64,000 bases of DNA, taken from positions 637-64,636 of the forward strand of contig JAQVJV010000003.1 of assembly GCA_028695025.1 (NCBI GenBank), read 5' to 3'. Under the pieces are notes generated by a model that saw only the letters and a list, made by a program, of their open reading frames with translations, was not told the origin of the DNA and ran no database searches. Each line of letters starts with the position of its first letter. Positions within the stretch are counted from its first letter, which is position 1. Made by a program: the position numbers and the translations under genes. This DNA is from Candidatus Moraniibacteriota bacterium. GTDB lineage: Bacteria > Patescibacteriota > Minisyncoccia > Moranbacterales > UBA11712. This document shows, piece after piece, positions 29,448 to 38,663 of this stretch.

Positions 29448-29743
29448 CCCTTGTTAATTCCCTTTTTTATCAGATTTAACCGCTGTATTTATTGGAAAAA
29501 TCGCCTTTTTCTTTTTTATTTTTATTCCCCAGTTTTTTGCGGCTGTTATTTGCTTTATATAAGAGATATAACACTTTATATAATAATTATATTTTTACTA
29601 AAAAATGGCGCAAATGATTTCGCAAAAAGACAGCCTCTTTTTTTAATACAAACCAATTTAGTGAAATTAGCGTATTTGGTTATTGTTTTTCTGGAAAATT
29701 ATTTCTTATTTTTATAAAATTTTAATAATATTTACTTAAGTAA

Positions 29744-29799
29744 AATAAAAACCGATATTTATTTTATATCGATCTTTTTCAAAAATATCGGTTTTTATT
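29744..29799. promoter_or_regulatory. Perfect 17-bp inverted repeat upstream of the giant gene
   Basis: AATAAAAACCGATATTT (29744-29760) and AAATATCGGTTTTTATT (29783-29799). Function unknown. Confidence 0.45.
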
Positions 29800-29940
29800 A
29801 AAACACTACTTATCGGATTTCTTATATTTTATTTTATTTATAATTTCGGAGAAACAACCCATCTGATATTTCTATAAAAAATTATTTGCTACAAAAAAAT
29901 TTTGTCAAATCGCCTCAAAAAAATTCGCCGGGAAATATAG

Positions 29941-29949
29941 TTATCCACA
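29941..29949 (+). promoter_or_regulatory. DnaA box
   Basis: Exact TTATCCACA next to a ~480-bp AT-rich intergenic tract. Confidence 0.5.
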
Positions 29950-29956
29950 GTTAATT

Positions 29957-30032
29957 TCAGCGAACAGTGAAGAAAGATCGATGAACAATATTTCGCGATT
30001 GATCACTGTTCGCTGATCATTGTTCATCGATC
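29957..30032. repeat. Two interleaved 14-bp inverted repeats
   Basis: TCAGCGAACAGTGA/TCACTGTTCGCTGA and GATCGATGAACAAT/ATTGTTCATCGATC. Confidence 0.75.
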
Positions 30033-30033
30033 G

Positions 30034-30684
30034 TTATCTCTTCGCCCAGCCGAACATCTGGCCGAAAGCGTCGCTCAAAAGATCGAAGATGGAAACGTTC
30101 GGCGCTCCGGTATAGAAAGCGAGCTTTCCGGATTCCGCAAAATTCCCCCATTTGTCTTTTGCGTTCACGACATATGAGTAGGAAGTGCTGTAATTCAATT
30201 TGGTTATTTCGGCGCTATGCACGAATCCATAACCGTCTTCGGAAATTATTTTTCCCTCCGTCTGCCCTTCGCGCATATACTCGATCGAAGAGAGGCACGG
30301 CTTGTTGGTCGTCCAGCTCAAAAGGAACCGGACTTCTTCATCTGTTTTGGTCATCAAAAGTTCTGAGCGCAAATCTTCGATTTCGGGAGCGAGCGACTGC
30401 TGGCCTGACGGAACCGTAATGGCCGCTCCTCCGAAATTGATGTGCGGCGTCCGGAAGTTTTCACTTGAAAAAGAATTTGTCGCATTTTGATTCTCCTCTT
30501 CGCCCAAGACGGATCCGCTCGGACTTTGCTCGTTTGAAATACTGGCCGTTTCCACGTTCGTTTTCTTCTCAATATATTTTGAATAAAGGTACGGAGAAAA
30601 ATATCCGAGTGAAAATATGATCGTGGCCAGGAGCGCGTATTTTGAAAATTTTTTTAATTTCATAAATCCTGAATTATAAATCAA
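30034..30684 (-). CDS. Membrane-anchored protein with Fn3/Ig-like domain
   Basis: N-terminal TM. LSWTTNKPCLSSIEY...HSAEITKLNYSTSYSYVV.AKDKWGN. Confidence 0.75.
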   Translation of the reverse strand: MIYNSGFMKLKKFSKYALLATIIFSLGYFSPYLYSKYIEKKTNVETASISNEQSPSGSVLGEEENQNATNSFSSENFRTPHINFGGAAITVPSGQQSLAPEIEDLRSELLMTKTDEEVRFLLSWTTNKPCLSSIEYMREGQTEGKIISEDGYGFVHSAEITKLNYSTSYSYVVNAKDKWGNFAESGKLAFYTGAPNVSIFDLLSDAFGQMFGWAKR

Positions 30685-30686
30685 AT

Positions 30687-31865
30687 TTATCGCGAGCTCA
30701 AAGCCTCAAGCGGATCAAGCGAACTCGCCCGTTTGGCCGGACCGATCCCGGTCGCGAACCCGATCACGATCGAGAACAGCAGGATGAATCCCAAAAACCA
30801 CAAAGGATAAGCAAAGAGATCCATCGGCTTCCCGCCGAAATATTTGGCCGCCAGATTGACGATTATATTCACCGCCTGCCCCGACAAAAATCCAAAAAAC
30901 AAACCGGCCAGCCCGCCGCAAAGGCCCATGAGCGTTGATTCAATCACGAATAGAGAAAGAATATCCGTTTTCGAAGCGCCGATTGAGCGCATGATCCCGA
31001 TCTCATTTGTCCTTTCAAGAAGAGTGACCGTCATCGTGTTGAACATTCCGATCGCGGAAACGGCAAGAGTGATGATTCCGAACAAGCCCAGAATGATATT
31101 CACAACACGGAAAAGCTTGTTTACCTCCGCCACCGTTTCCGAAAGGGATGAAACCGTGAAGCCTATTCCGGAAATTTTTTCTTTCACGGAATCCATCACC
31201 TCGCTCGATCGGCATCCCACCTTCGCTTTGGCATACTGCAAACCGCCGGGGAGGTTTAGGTTATCCGGAAGGACGTAGAAAATCGTGTCCTCCCCTTCAA
31301 CAACTCCCGCTATTGCAAAATCAGGCTCATCGATATTGGAACTGCCCTTCCCAGCCGGGGAAAGCAGCGTGAAAGATATCTTCTGGCCGGCCAATTCTTC
31401 CGGATTTTTTCCAAGCGTTTTCCCGATGGCCGCAGTCACCAAAATTTCCTTGGAACTGCTTTTGCCAAGCATTTCTCCTGAAAACACTTTGAGCCCCTCA
31501 AGATTGAGATACCCGAGGGTCGCCACCTCCGCCCGCGAATCAAGGCTTGTATCGCCCAGCGACATCCGCGAATTGAAATTGAAGCTGGTCTCCACGCCGG
31601 AGACGCCTTCTATTTTTTTCATTTCATCAATAGCTTGGCCCGTCAAAAAAATTGCGTCCTGCTCGTTGGGAGAAACGTCAAGCGAGGTGAGCGCCCCGGA
31701 AGCAGTGATTGTCTCAAGAAGGGCGTCCTGGAGGCCGTACCCGAGCGAAACCAAAAACAGGATCGCGCCAAATCCGATCCCCATACCTAAAACCGTGAGG
31801 ATGGTCCTCCCTCTTCGGGCCGTGAACATGCGGGTGGAAAGTTTGAGTATATCGCGGGCAGTCAT
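30687..31865 (-). CDS. ABC transporter permease, MacB/FtsX family
   Basis: RTILTVLGMGIG, IGMFNTMTVTLLERTNEIGIMRSIGA, PAKRASSLDPLEAL. Confidence 0.93.
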   Translation of the reverse strand: MTARDILKLSTRMFTARRGRTILTVLGMGIGFGAILFLVSLGYGLQDALLETITASGALTSLDVSPNEQDAIFLTGQAIDEMKKIEGVSGVETSFNFNSRMSLGDTSLDSRAEVATLGYLNLEGLKVFSGEMLGKSSSKEILVTAAIGKTLGKNPEELAGQKISFTLLSPAGKGSSNIDEPDFAIAGVVEGEDTIFYVLPDNLNLPGGLQYAKAKVGCRSSEVMDSVKEKISGIGFTVSSLSETVAEVNKLFRVVNIILGLFGIITLAVSAIGMFNTMTVTLLERTNEIGIMRSIGASKTDILSLFVIESTLMGLCGGLAGLFFGFLSGQAVNIIVNLAAKYFGGKPMDLFAYPLWFLGFILLFSIVIGFATGIGPAKRASSLDPLEALSSR

Positions 31866-31880
31866 AGAAAAGTTTAAAAA

Positions 31881-33428
31881 TTACATAGAATATCTCGCCA
31901 GCATGATGATCTCCATCTCCCGCGCCACTTTCACCGCCGTGCGCCGGTCAAGCCCCACCCCGCCTTTCATGACCGGTCGGTCGGCAAGATCAAGGAATTC
32001 ATCCATATTAAGCTCGTTCATGAGGCGCATCTTTACATATTCCACGAATTTCGTCTTTTCCATATCTTCCATTCTCAACTTGAATTTTTCAATCAGATAA
32101 TCGGAAATATCCTTCGTCGATATTTCAATATTCCCGAAATCAATTTTTTTTACCTGATCGAAAATTTCCCGCACGCCTTCGACCAGTTTTTTAGCCTGAT
32201 ACTTGTCCCACCCCGCTCCGCCCTTTTCCTCTGATTCAGCAAGCCTTTTTTCCAAATCTTCTGCGGTTATTCCTCCTGCGATATAATCCTGAAAAATCTT
32301 TTTAGCTTCATTCAGCTGGGCGTCAGGAATATGGAAAAAGACATGGGAAAATATTTGCTGGGCCTTGAAAGGAATGAGCAATGTCCCGAGCTGGTCCGGC
32401 GTCAGATTGCGAAATGATTGCATAAGGGCCAACAGTTCCGGAGCAATTTTTTCTTTGCGCCGCTCTCCCAGCTCGCTTTTTTTCACCAGCTCGTATTCTC
32501 CGCCCAATTCCCAGTCTTCTCCCAATTTCCCTTCCTTGAAAGCTTTCCAGGCCTTGGCAAGTTCGTCCTTTTTCACCAATTCCCATTCCTGATCGAGCTG
32601 TCCTTTCTGATGAAGCTCCCAGGCTTTGCCCAATGTCCCTTTCTTGAAAGCCGCCCATTCTTCATCCATTTTCTGTTTTTCCTTGAGATATTTTTCGTCT
32701 ATTTCCACTCCCGGCTTCTTTTTGTCCATGACCTCGACCACTTTGGTAACTTTTCCGTCCTGCATATGTATCACCTTGTCGCCGTATTCCAGATGAGTCG
32801 GATCATGGGTTACCAGAATGACCAATTTTTTATCCACTTCGTTGAGTTCCTTGAGGATGGTAAGCACGTTATACGTCGCTTTGGAATCCAGGTTTCCCAC
32901 CGGCTCGTCGGCAACGATTATGGCCGGGCTGTTGATGAGCGACCGCGCAATAGCCACCCTTTGCCTTTGCCCGCCGGAAAGGTCGGCCGGAAACTTTTCG
33001 CCTTGCGCTTCGATCCCGAATCTTTTGAGGAGATTCAAAGCGTCTTTTTTTCTGGTCTCGGGATCATCATTGACAAAAGCCCGTGGAAGACAAACGTTAT
33101 CGGCTATCGACAGTGTGGGAACCAGATAGAACGATTGGAAAATCATACCGACTTTGCGCCGATGATATTCCAGCTTGTCCTTTTCCGTGAAGGCCGATAT
33201 GTCCCGGCCGTCAACCTCCACTTTTCCGCTTGTCGGCGGAAGCAGCCCGGAAATGACGTTGAGAAGCGTGGACTTCCCGCAACCGGAAGGCCCGAAAAGG
33301 ATCACGTATTCATGGGGATAAAATTCAAGGTTGATATTCTCCAGGGTATGCGCTTCATTCAATTTTCCCCGATTGAAAATAATATTCAGGTTTTCGATTT
33401 TGATAAGGGGCTTCAATGTTTCATTCAT
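31881..33428 (-). CDS. ABC transporter ATP-binding protein (LolD/MacB-like) with long C-terminal extension
   Basis: GPSGCGKST, LSGGQRQR, IVADEPVGNLD, VTHD. The start is likely MNETLK (33428). Confidence 0.92.
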   Translation of the reverse strand: MNETLKPLIKIENLNIIFNRGKLNEAHTLENINLEFYPHEYVILFGPSGCGKSTLLNVISGLLPPTSGKVEVDGRDISAFTEKDKLEYHRRKVGMIFQSFYLVPTLSIADNVCLPRAFVNDDPETRKKDALNLLKRFGIEAQGEKFPADLSGGQRQRVAIARSLINSPAIIVADEPVGNLDSKATYNVLTILKELNEVDKKLVILVTHDPTHLEYGDKVIHMQDGKVTKVVEVMDKKKPGVEIDEKYLKEKQKMDEEWAAFKKGTLGKAWELHQKGQLDQEWELVKKDELAKAWKAFKEGKLGEDWELGGEYELVKKSELGERRKEKIAPELLALMQSFRNLTPDQLGTLLIPFKAQQIFSHVFFHIPDAQLNEAKKIFQDYIAGGITAEDLEKRLAESEEKGGAGWDKYQAKKLVEGVREIFDQVKKIDFGNIEISTKDISDYLIEKFKLRMEDMEKTKFVEYVKMRLMNELNMDEFLDLADRPVMKGGVGLDRRTAVKVAREMEIIMLARYSM

Positions 33429-33536
33429 GACTATTAGTATATCATAAAAATTATTTTTACCGGAAAAGAAAAACAAAAAAAATCCCATACGGGACTTGCT
33501 AAAATTATCCGCTTAATTTTGAATTTCCCTGGAGAC

Positions 33537-34463
33537 TCAACTCGCTTGGACAGAAATCTGCTTTAGTCCAAAAAATTTTATCGCCGTATCATCAGTCGCT
33601 TCTTCCACTTCGGTGAATCCGATATTTTTTATTTCAGCTATTTTTTGAGCAATATATCGGATATATATCGGTTCATTCCTTTTTCCCCGAAATTCCTGCG
33701 GGGCAAGAAATGGAGAGTCCGAATCAAGCATGATCCTGTCAATTGGAATCATCTTGATTGCCTCCGCTAAATCATTAGCTCTCTCCGCCGGCTTCGGATA
33801 AGTGATATTTCCCGAAAAAGAAAAATATATATCCGGCAATTCCAGAAACTTTTCCGTGTCGTTTTTATTTCCGGAATAGCAATGAAGGACGAATTTCGTC
33901 AAGGTTTGGCCTTGAGGAATTCCGAAAGCTTTGCTTGAGGAAGGGAAAGGCCGAACCTTAGACGAAATTGGATTTTTTTTCAGATTTAGATCTTGATTTT
34001 TATTAGATATTGGATATTGGATATTGGATATTATTTCATAAACATCATCCCAAGCATCGCGGCAATGAACCACAACCGGCAAATTCAAATCTTCAGCAAT
34101 ACTTAATTGTTTTTCGAATAGCGCTTTTTGCTGTTTGATCTGGTCTGGATTTTTGTAACAGGAATAATCAAGGCCGATTTCACCAATCGCTTTGACCTTT
34201 GGATTGGCAGCTATTTTTTTCAATTCCTCCATATTGTCATCCGTCGGCAAGGAAAGTTTTTCCGAAGCGTCATGGGGGTGAAATCCAACGGAAGAAAAAA
34301 TATTTTCATAATTCTCCGCGAGATCGATGCTCTTTTTGCTTGTTGCCAGGTCTACTCCAATATTCACGATCGCTTTTCCACCCCCGGCAAAAAACCGCGC
34401 AATCACTTCGTCGCGGTCTTCATCGAATTTTTCAAAATCCAAATGGGCGTGAGTGTCAATCAT
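33537..34463 (-). CDS. tatD: TatD family hydrolase with internal insertion
   Basis: MIDTHAHL, GFHPH, AIGEIGLDY, HCR, HCYSG, DSDSPFLAP..FRGKRNEP. Confidence 0.95.
   Translation of the reverse strand: MIDTHAHLDFEKFDEDRDEVIARFFAGGGKAIVNIGVDLATSKKSIDLAENYENIFSSVGFHPHDASEKLSLPTDDNMEELKKIAANPKVKAIGEIGLDYSCYKNPDQIKQQKALFEKQLSIAEDLNLPVVVHCRDAWDDVYEIISNIQYPISNKNQDLNLKKNPISSKVRPFPSSSKAFGIPQGQTLTKFVLHCYSGNKNDTEKFLELPDIYFSFSGNITYPKPAERANDLAEAIKMIPIDRIMLDSDSPFLAPQEFRGKRNEPIYIRYIAQKIAEIKNIGFTEVEEATDDTAIKFFGLKQISVQAS
33892..34031. repeat. Composite in-frame insertion in tatD (AAGG-N5-CCTT hairpin + TGGATAT heptamers)
   Basis: AATTTCGTCAAGGTTTGGCCTT (33892-33913) pairs with AAGGCCGAACCTTAGACGAAATT (33947-33969). 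Four T[AG]GATAT units at 34004-34031. Confidence 0.75.
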
Positions 34464-34476
34464 AAAAATATAAAAA

Positions 34477-35895
34477 CTATCTTATTCTTGGAAACAGCGC
34501 TTCTGTTTTTCCGATCTCAATTGCTTTTAATATTTTTCCCGAAGTTTCCGGCATGAAAAATTTTAGGAGATTCGCAATACCAAATAAATCGCCCAATAAT
34601 TTTCCCATAACTTCATCGAATTTTTTCTTGTTAGTTTTTGCCAACTCCCACGGCTTCATCTCTTCGATAAATTTATTATTTTCCCGAACAATATTCCATA
34701 TATAATCTAAAGCTTTATCAGGCTCTATTTTATCCAAGAAATTTGAAATTTTCTCATTGGTATTTATTTTAGACAATTGAATATCAGATAGTGAAATCAA
34801 CTTTAACACTCTTGAAACCAAGTTTCCAAGACCATTAGCCAAATCCGCATTGTATTTTTCCGTCATCCGCTCCATTGTCACGTCAACGTCTTCTCCAAAA
34901 GTCCCCGCGCCCATGAGGAGATACCGTGTTCCGTCCGTTCCGAATTTTTCCAGCATCTCGTCGATGGAAATAACATTGCCGATTGTTTTTGACATTTTGC
35001 GCCCGCCGGAAAGCAGATGCCCGTGCACAAACATTTTTTTAGGAAGTTCAATTCCGAGATGCAAAAGCATAATCGGCCAAATCGTAGCATGCACCCGCAA
35101 AATATCTTTTCCAATAAACTGCACGTCCGCCGGCCATTGCCATGGAATATTTTTCTTATCACCACCCCACCCCAAACCCGTGAGATAACTCAAAAACGCA
35201 TCAAACCAGACATAAGTCGTGTGGCTTTCATCAAACGGCAAGGGTATCCCCCATTTCACATTTTTTCTCGAAATGGAAATATCTTTCAATTTTTCTTTTT
35301 TGAGGAACGACAAAATCTCACGTTTGTATTTCTCCGGCTGGATTAAGAATTTATCACTTTCGATTTTCGCAATCAACTTATCTTGCATATCAGCCATCTT
35401 GAGAAGATAGCTTTCCTCTTTCACGCGCTCACAAACAGTATCGTGATCAGGACATCGGCCATTTACTAAATCTCCTTCGTTTTTGAATTGCTCACAACCA
35501 ACGCAATACAGTCCCTCATATTCGCCTTTGTATATCACGCCTTCGCCATAAAGCTTCTGCAAAACTTTTTGGACGGCTTTTTCATGATTTGGATCAGTGG
35601 TTCGGATGAAGTTATCATATTTGATATTCAGGCTTTCCCAGAGGCTTGTGAACTCTTGCGAAAATTTATCTACAAATTCTTTCGGATCCTTTCCGGATTC
35701 CTCGGCTTTCTTCTCAATTTTGAGGCCATGCTCGTCAGCCCCCGCCAGTAAGAATACATCTTTGTCTCGCTCTCGATGAAACCGCGCCAGCACGTCTCCG
35801 GCAACCGTTGTGTACGCATGTCCGATATGGGGCTTGGCGTTGACGTAATATACCGGCGTGGTGATATAAAATTTGTTTTTTTTGTTTTCTGGCAT
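34477..35895 (-). CDS. metG: Methionine--tRNA ligase
   Basis: YYVNAKPHIGHAY, CVGCE zinc knuckle, IGKDI, KMSKT. Confidence 0.97.
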   Translation of the reverse strand: MPENKKNKFYITTPVYYVNAKPHIGHAYTTVAGDVLARFHRERDKDVFLLAGADEHGLKIEKKAEESGKDPKEFVDKFSQEFTSLWESLNIKYDNFIRTTDPNHEKAVQKVLQKLYGEGVIYKGEYEGLYCVGCEQFKNEGDLVNGRCPDHDTVCERVKEESYLLKMADMQDKLIAKIESDKFLIQPEKYKREILSFLKKEKLKDISISRKNVKWGIPLPFDESHTTYVWFDAFLSYLTGLGWGGDKKNIPWQWPADVQFIGKDILRVHATIWPIMLLHLGIELPKKMFVHGHLLSGGRKMSKTIGNVISIDEMLEKFGTDGTRYLLMGAGTFGEDVDVTMERMTEKYNADLANGLGNLVSRVLKLISLSDIQLSKINTNEKISNFLDKIEPDKALDYIWNIVRENNKFIEEMKPWELAKTNKKKFDEVMGKLLGDLFGIANLLKFFMPETSGKILKAIEIGKTEALFPRIR

Positions 35896-35930
35896 AAAAA
35901 AGAATTTAATAAAAAAGAAAGAAACAGAAA

Positions 35931-36239
35931 TTATAGAAATGATTGGGTTTTCTCAATGAACTTTTTTACTGCATCGACATCTTTTTGCTCTTTTATTCTT
36001 GGCAAGTCATTGTTGAATTCTGCCACTATTCTATCCACCTCCCTTTTAGATTCCCGATTGCTTCTCCCAACCATCTCATATTTATTTTGTCTTTTTAAAT
36101 ATTCCTCGTAAGTTTCAACTGGTTCCAACTTTTCAAAATCATCTATCATTGCAAACATTAAAGATTGTAGGATATTTCTATAATGCGTATATAATCCTTT
36201 TTCACTAAATCGATGTTCTTCCATTTTTTCGATGACCAT
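35931..36239 (-). CDS. Hypothetical protein
   Basis: 102-aa AT-rich ORF between rsmI and metG on the same strand. Confidence 0.65.
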   Translation of the reverse strand: MVIEKMEEHRFSEKGLYTHYRNILQSLMFAMIDDFEKLEPVETYEEYLKRQNKYEMVGRSNRESKREVDRIVAEFNNDLPRIKEQKDVDAVKKFIEKTQSFL

Positions 36240-36266
36240 AAAATTTATAAATTTAGATAAATTAAT

Positions 36267-36968
36267 TTAATATGAAACAATCACGAACTCTCCTTTCAAG
36301 TTTTTTTTATTTTTCCAGTAACTTTTTATTTCTTGAATATTCCCTCGCTGAATTTCTTCAAACATTTTTGTAAGTTCGCGACCCACTACAATTTTAGCAT
36401 TTGGCTTGAATTTTTCTAAAAGTTCGAGGTTTTTGAAAAACCGGTGCGGCGAGTCAAAATAGACAATCGGGTATTTTGATTCCGCCATTTCCCGGAAAAA
36501 AGTTTCCCGCCCTTTTTTGTGAGGGGGAAAACCCAGAAATAGGAATTTATCCATGCTAATTCCAGCAGCACTCGCGATCGTTGCTACCGCCGATGGCCCT
36601 GGAATAGGAATAATTTCGACCTCTCCCTCACCCCCTCTCCTTGGTAAGGAGAGGGTTGGGGTGAGGTTTGCAATCAATCTATTTCCCGGATCAGAAATTC
36701 CCGGCGTTCCCGCGTCTGAAACCAGCGCCAAATCCTTACCGTTTTCAAGATGCTCCATGATTTTTTCCGTCCTGGAAAGTTTCGAATGATGATGGTAAGA
36801 TAAGAGAGGTTTTTTGATTTTGTAGCGGTCGAGCAGTTTCCTGGTGACACGCGTATCCTCGCAAAGTATCAGGTCGACCTCTCTCAGTACGCGCAAAGCC
36901 CGAAGAGTGATATCCTCAAGATTGCCTATCGGGGAGGCGACGATATATAACTTACCTAACTGATCCAT
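36267..36968 (-). CDS. rsmI: 16S rRNA (cytidine1402-2'-O)-methyltransferase
   Basis: LYIVASPIGNLEDITLRAL, CEDTR, VSDAGTPGISDPG, RELTKMFEE, KGEFVIV. Confidence 0.97.
   Translation of the reverse strand: MDQLGKLYIVASPIGNLEDITLRALRVLREVDLILCEDTRVTRKLLDRYKIKKPLLSYHHHSKLSRTEKIMEHLENGKDLALVSDAGTPGISDPGNRLIANLTPTLSLPRRGGEGEVEIIPIPGPSAVATIASAAGISMDKFLFLGFPPHKKGRETFFREMAESKYPIVYFDSPHRFFKNLELLEKFKPNAKIVVGRELTKMFEEIQRGNIQEIKSYWKNKKNLKGEFVIVSY
36626..36666. repeat. GC-rich palindrome inserted in frame in rsmI
   Basis: CCTCACCCC..CCCTCTCCTT-ggt-AAGGAGAGGG..GGGGTGAGG, translated LTPTLSLPRRGGEG. Confidence 0.75.
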
Positions 36969-37044
36969 AAAAAAATTTTAAATGAAAAGTGATCACAGCG
37001 AACACCAAAACTTTTCACTTTTCATTTTTAACTTTTAACTTATT

Positions 37045-37515
37045 ATGATCCTGGCTTCCCATATATTATCCGGCGCTGTTATCGGTGAAAATATCAATAA
37101 TCCCTATATTGTAGCCATTTCCGCAGTCGCCGTCCATTTCCTCCTCGATTTCGTTCCGCACGGAGATTATCTTGATAAAAAATCGAAATTCCAGGAGTTT
37201 TGGAAGGTGGCGTTGGATCTTTTGTCCGGCCTGGGAATTGTATTTGCAATCCTATATTTCCAAAAAGCGGATTTTACTTTTCATCAAATCCAAAATACCG
37301 CCATCGGGATTTTTTTCTCGCTCCTTCCGGACGGACTTACGCTTCTCTATTGGAAAATGGGGATGAAGTTCCTTGGCCCGATTTACCGCTTCCATCAAAA
37401 ACTTCATCTCATCCACTATCCTGATTTCGCGCCGGAACGCGAATTCCGCCTCAAAAACAATTTGGGCGATGTTTTTGTGTCGTTTCTTTCTATTTTTATC
37501 CTTATAATATTCTAG
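37045..37515 (+). CDS. Membrane protein, metal-dependent hydrolase-like
   Basis: MILASHILSGA, HFLLDFVPHGD, SLLPD, RFHQKLH: His/Asp motifs in TM helices. Confidence 0.75.
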   Translation: MILASHILSGAVIGENINNPYIVAISAVAVHFLLDFVPHGDYLDKKSKFQEFWKVALDLLSGLGIVFAILYFQKADFTFHQIQNTAIGIFFSLLPDGLTLLYWKMGMKFLGPIYRFHQKLHLIHYPDFAPEREFRLKNNLGDVFVSFLSIFILIIF

Positions 37516-38558
37516 CTATCTTTTTTAGCAGCCGGGAGAGACTCGTGTGAATCCTTGATCACGTCTCTCAAGATTTCCCAAATCACCGTCGCCACCGGGA
37601 TAGCAATAAGCGCCCCGATAATTCCGCCAAGTTCAAACCCAACCAAAAGGGCGACGATGACAATCACCGGATTGAGCCCGACCGCTTTTTTCATGACGAG
37701 CGGCGTGATCGCGTTTCCCTCAAGCTGCTGGACCAGTGTGAAGAGAACCAAGACCGAAACTCCCATCCAGGGATTATGGAAAAAACCGATAAGCGCGGCA
37801 ACTGCGATTGAGACAATCGGTCCGACATAGGGAATGACTTCAAGGAGCCCGGCGACGAGAGCCAGGATCAAGGCATAAGGCATCCCAATGATCAGCATTC
37901 CGACATAATCCAAAGTAAAAACGACCGCGATAAGCGCTAATTGGCCCAGAAGCCAGCGGCCCATTTTGTATTCAATCCGGTCAATCAGCGCCGAGATATA
38001 CTCTTCGTGTTCTTTCGGAGTGATTGAAGTGAAAAATTTTTTGACTCCCTTCTCCTGGACAGACATATAGAAAGAAATTGACAAAATAACCACGAAAGAA
38101 AAGATACCGCCGATGAAAGAGATTGTCCCGCTGAAAAGATTGGTGCCGAGTTGAGATATCTGTGTGTTAAAATTGGAAGAGAAATTGCTGACCTGGCTGC
38201 TCACATTGTGTTGGACGGCAAAATTATTCAGCCCCTGAAAATATTCCGACACTTTTTCCAGCATCACAGGAAAGTTTTGTCCGAGATTGTTAAGTTCGGA
38301 AGAAAGGGGCGAAACAAGAAAATATATCGCCGCGGTAACGATAGAGAAAGCCAGGATGTATATCAGGAATACGGATAGGGCCCGAGGCACCCTTTTTCTT
38401 TGTAGCCAATCGACAATCGGGTCAATGGCGCAGACGATTATGAGTGCCATAAAAACCAGCACCAAAATTCCCCGGATCAGAAACAAAAACCAGAGAAGCA
38501 ACACCATGAATATTGTCCGCAAGATAGTGCCGGATGAAATTTCGATGGGACTGTTCAT
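37512..38558 (-). CDS. AI-2E family transporter
   Basis: IPYVGP, QQLEGNAITPLVMKKAVGLNP, GIIGALIAIPV. Confidence 0.92.
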   Translation of the reverse strand: MNSPIEISSGTILRTIFMVLLLWFLFLIRGILVLVFMALIIVCAIDPIVDWLQRKRVPRALSVFLIYILAFSIVTAAIYFLVSPLSSELNNLGQNFPVMLEKVSEYFQGLNNFAVQHNVSSQVSNFSSNFNTQISQLGTNLFSGTISFIGGIFSFVVILSISFYMSVQEKGVKKFFTSITPKEHEEYISALIDRIEYKMGRWLLGQLALIAVVFTLDYVGMLIIGMPYALILALVAGLLEVIPYVGPIVSIAVAALIGFFHNPWMGVSVLVLFTLVQQLEGNAITPLVMKKAVGLNPVIVIVALLVGFELGGIIGALIAIPVATVIWEILRDVIKDSHESLPAAKKDS

Positions 38559-38663
38559 GAATTTGAAATTACAAATTTGAAATTTAAAATCAATCCAAAA
38601 TTACTAAATTTAAGGTTTATTGGCTTAAAATTCATTTCAAATTTTAAATTTAGACTTTCAAAT
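38559..38663. repeat. AT-rich heptamer-periodic intergenic array
   Basis: atttgaaattacaaatttgaaatttaaaat ... tttcaaattttaaatttagactttcaaatt. Same style as 930-1036. Confidence 0.55.

Noticed and set aside
29448-30033. Replication origin
   Set aside because: Only one clear DnaA box, no dnaA/dnaN nearby, and no switch in gene orientation across the site.
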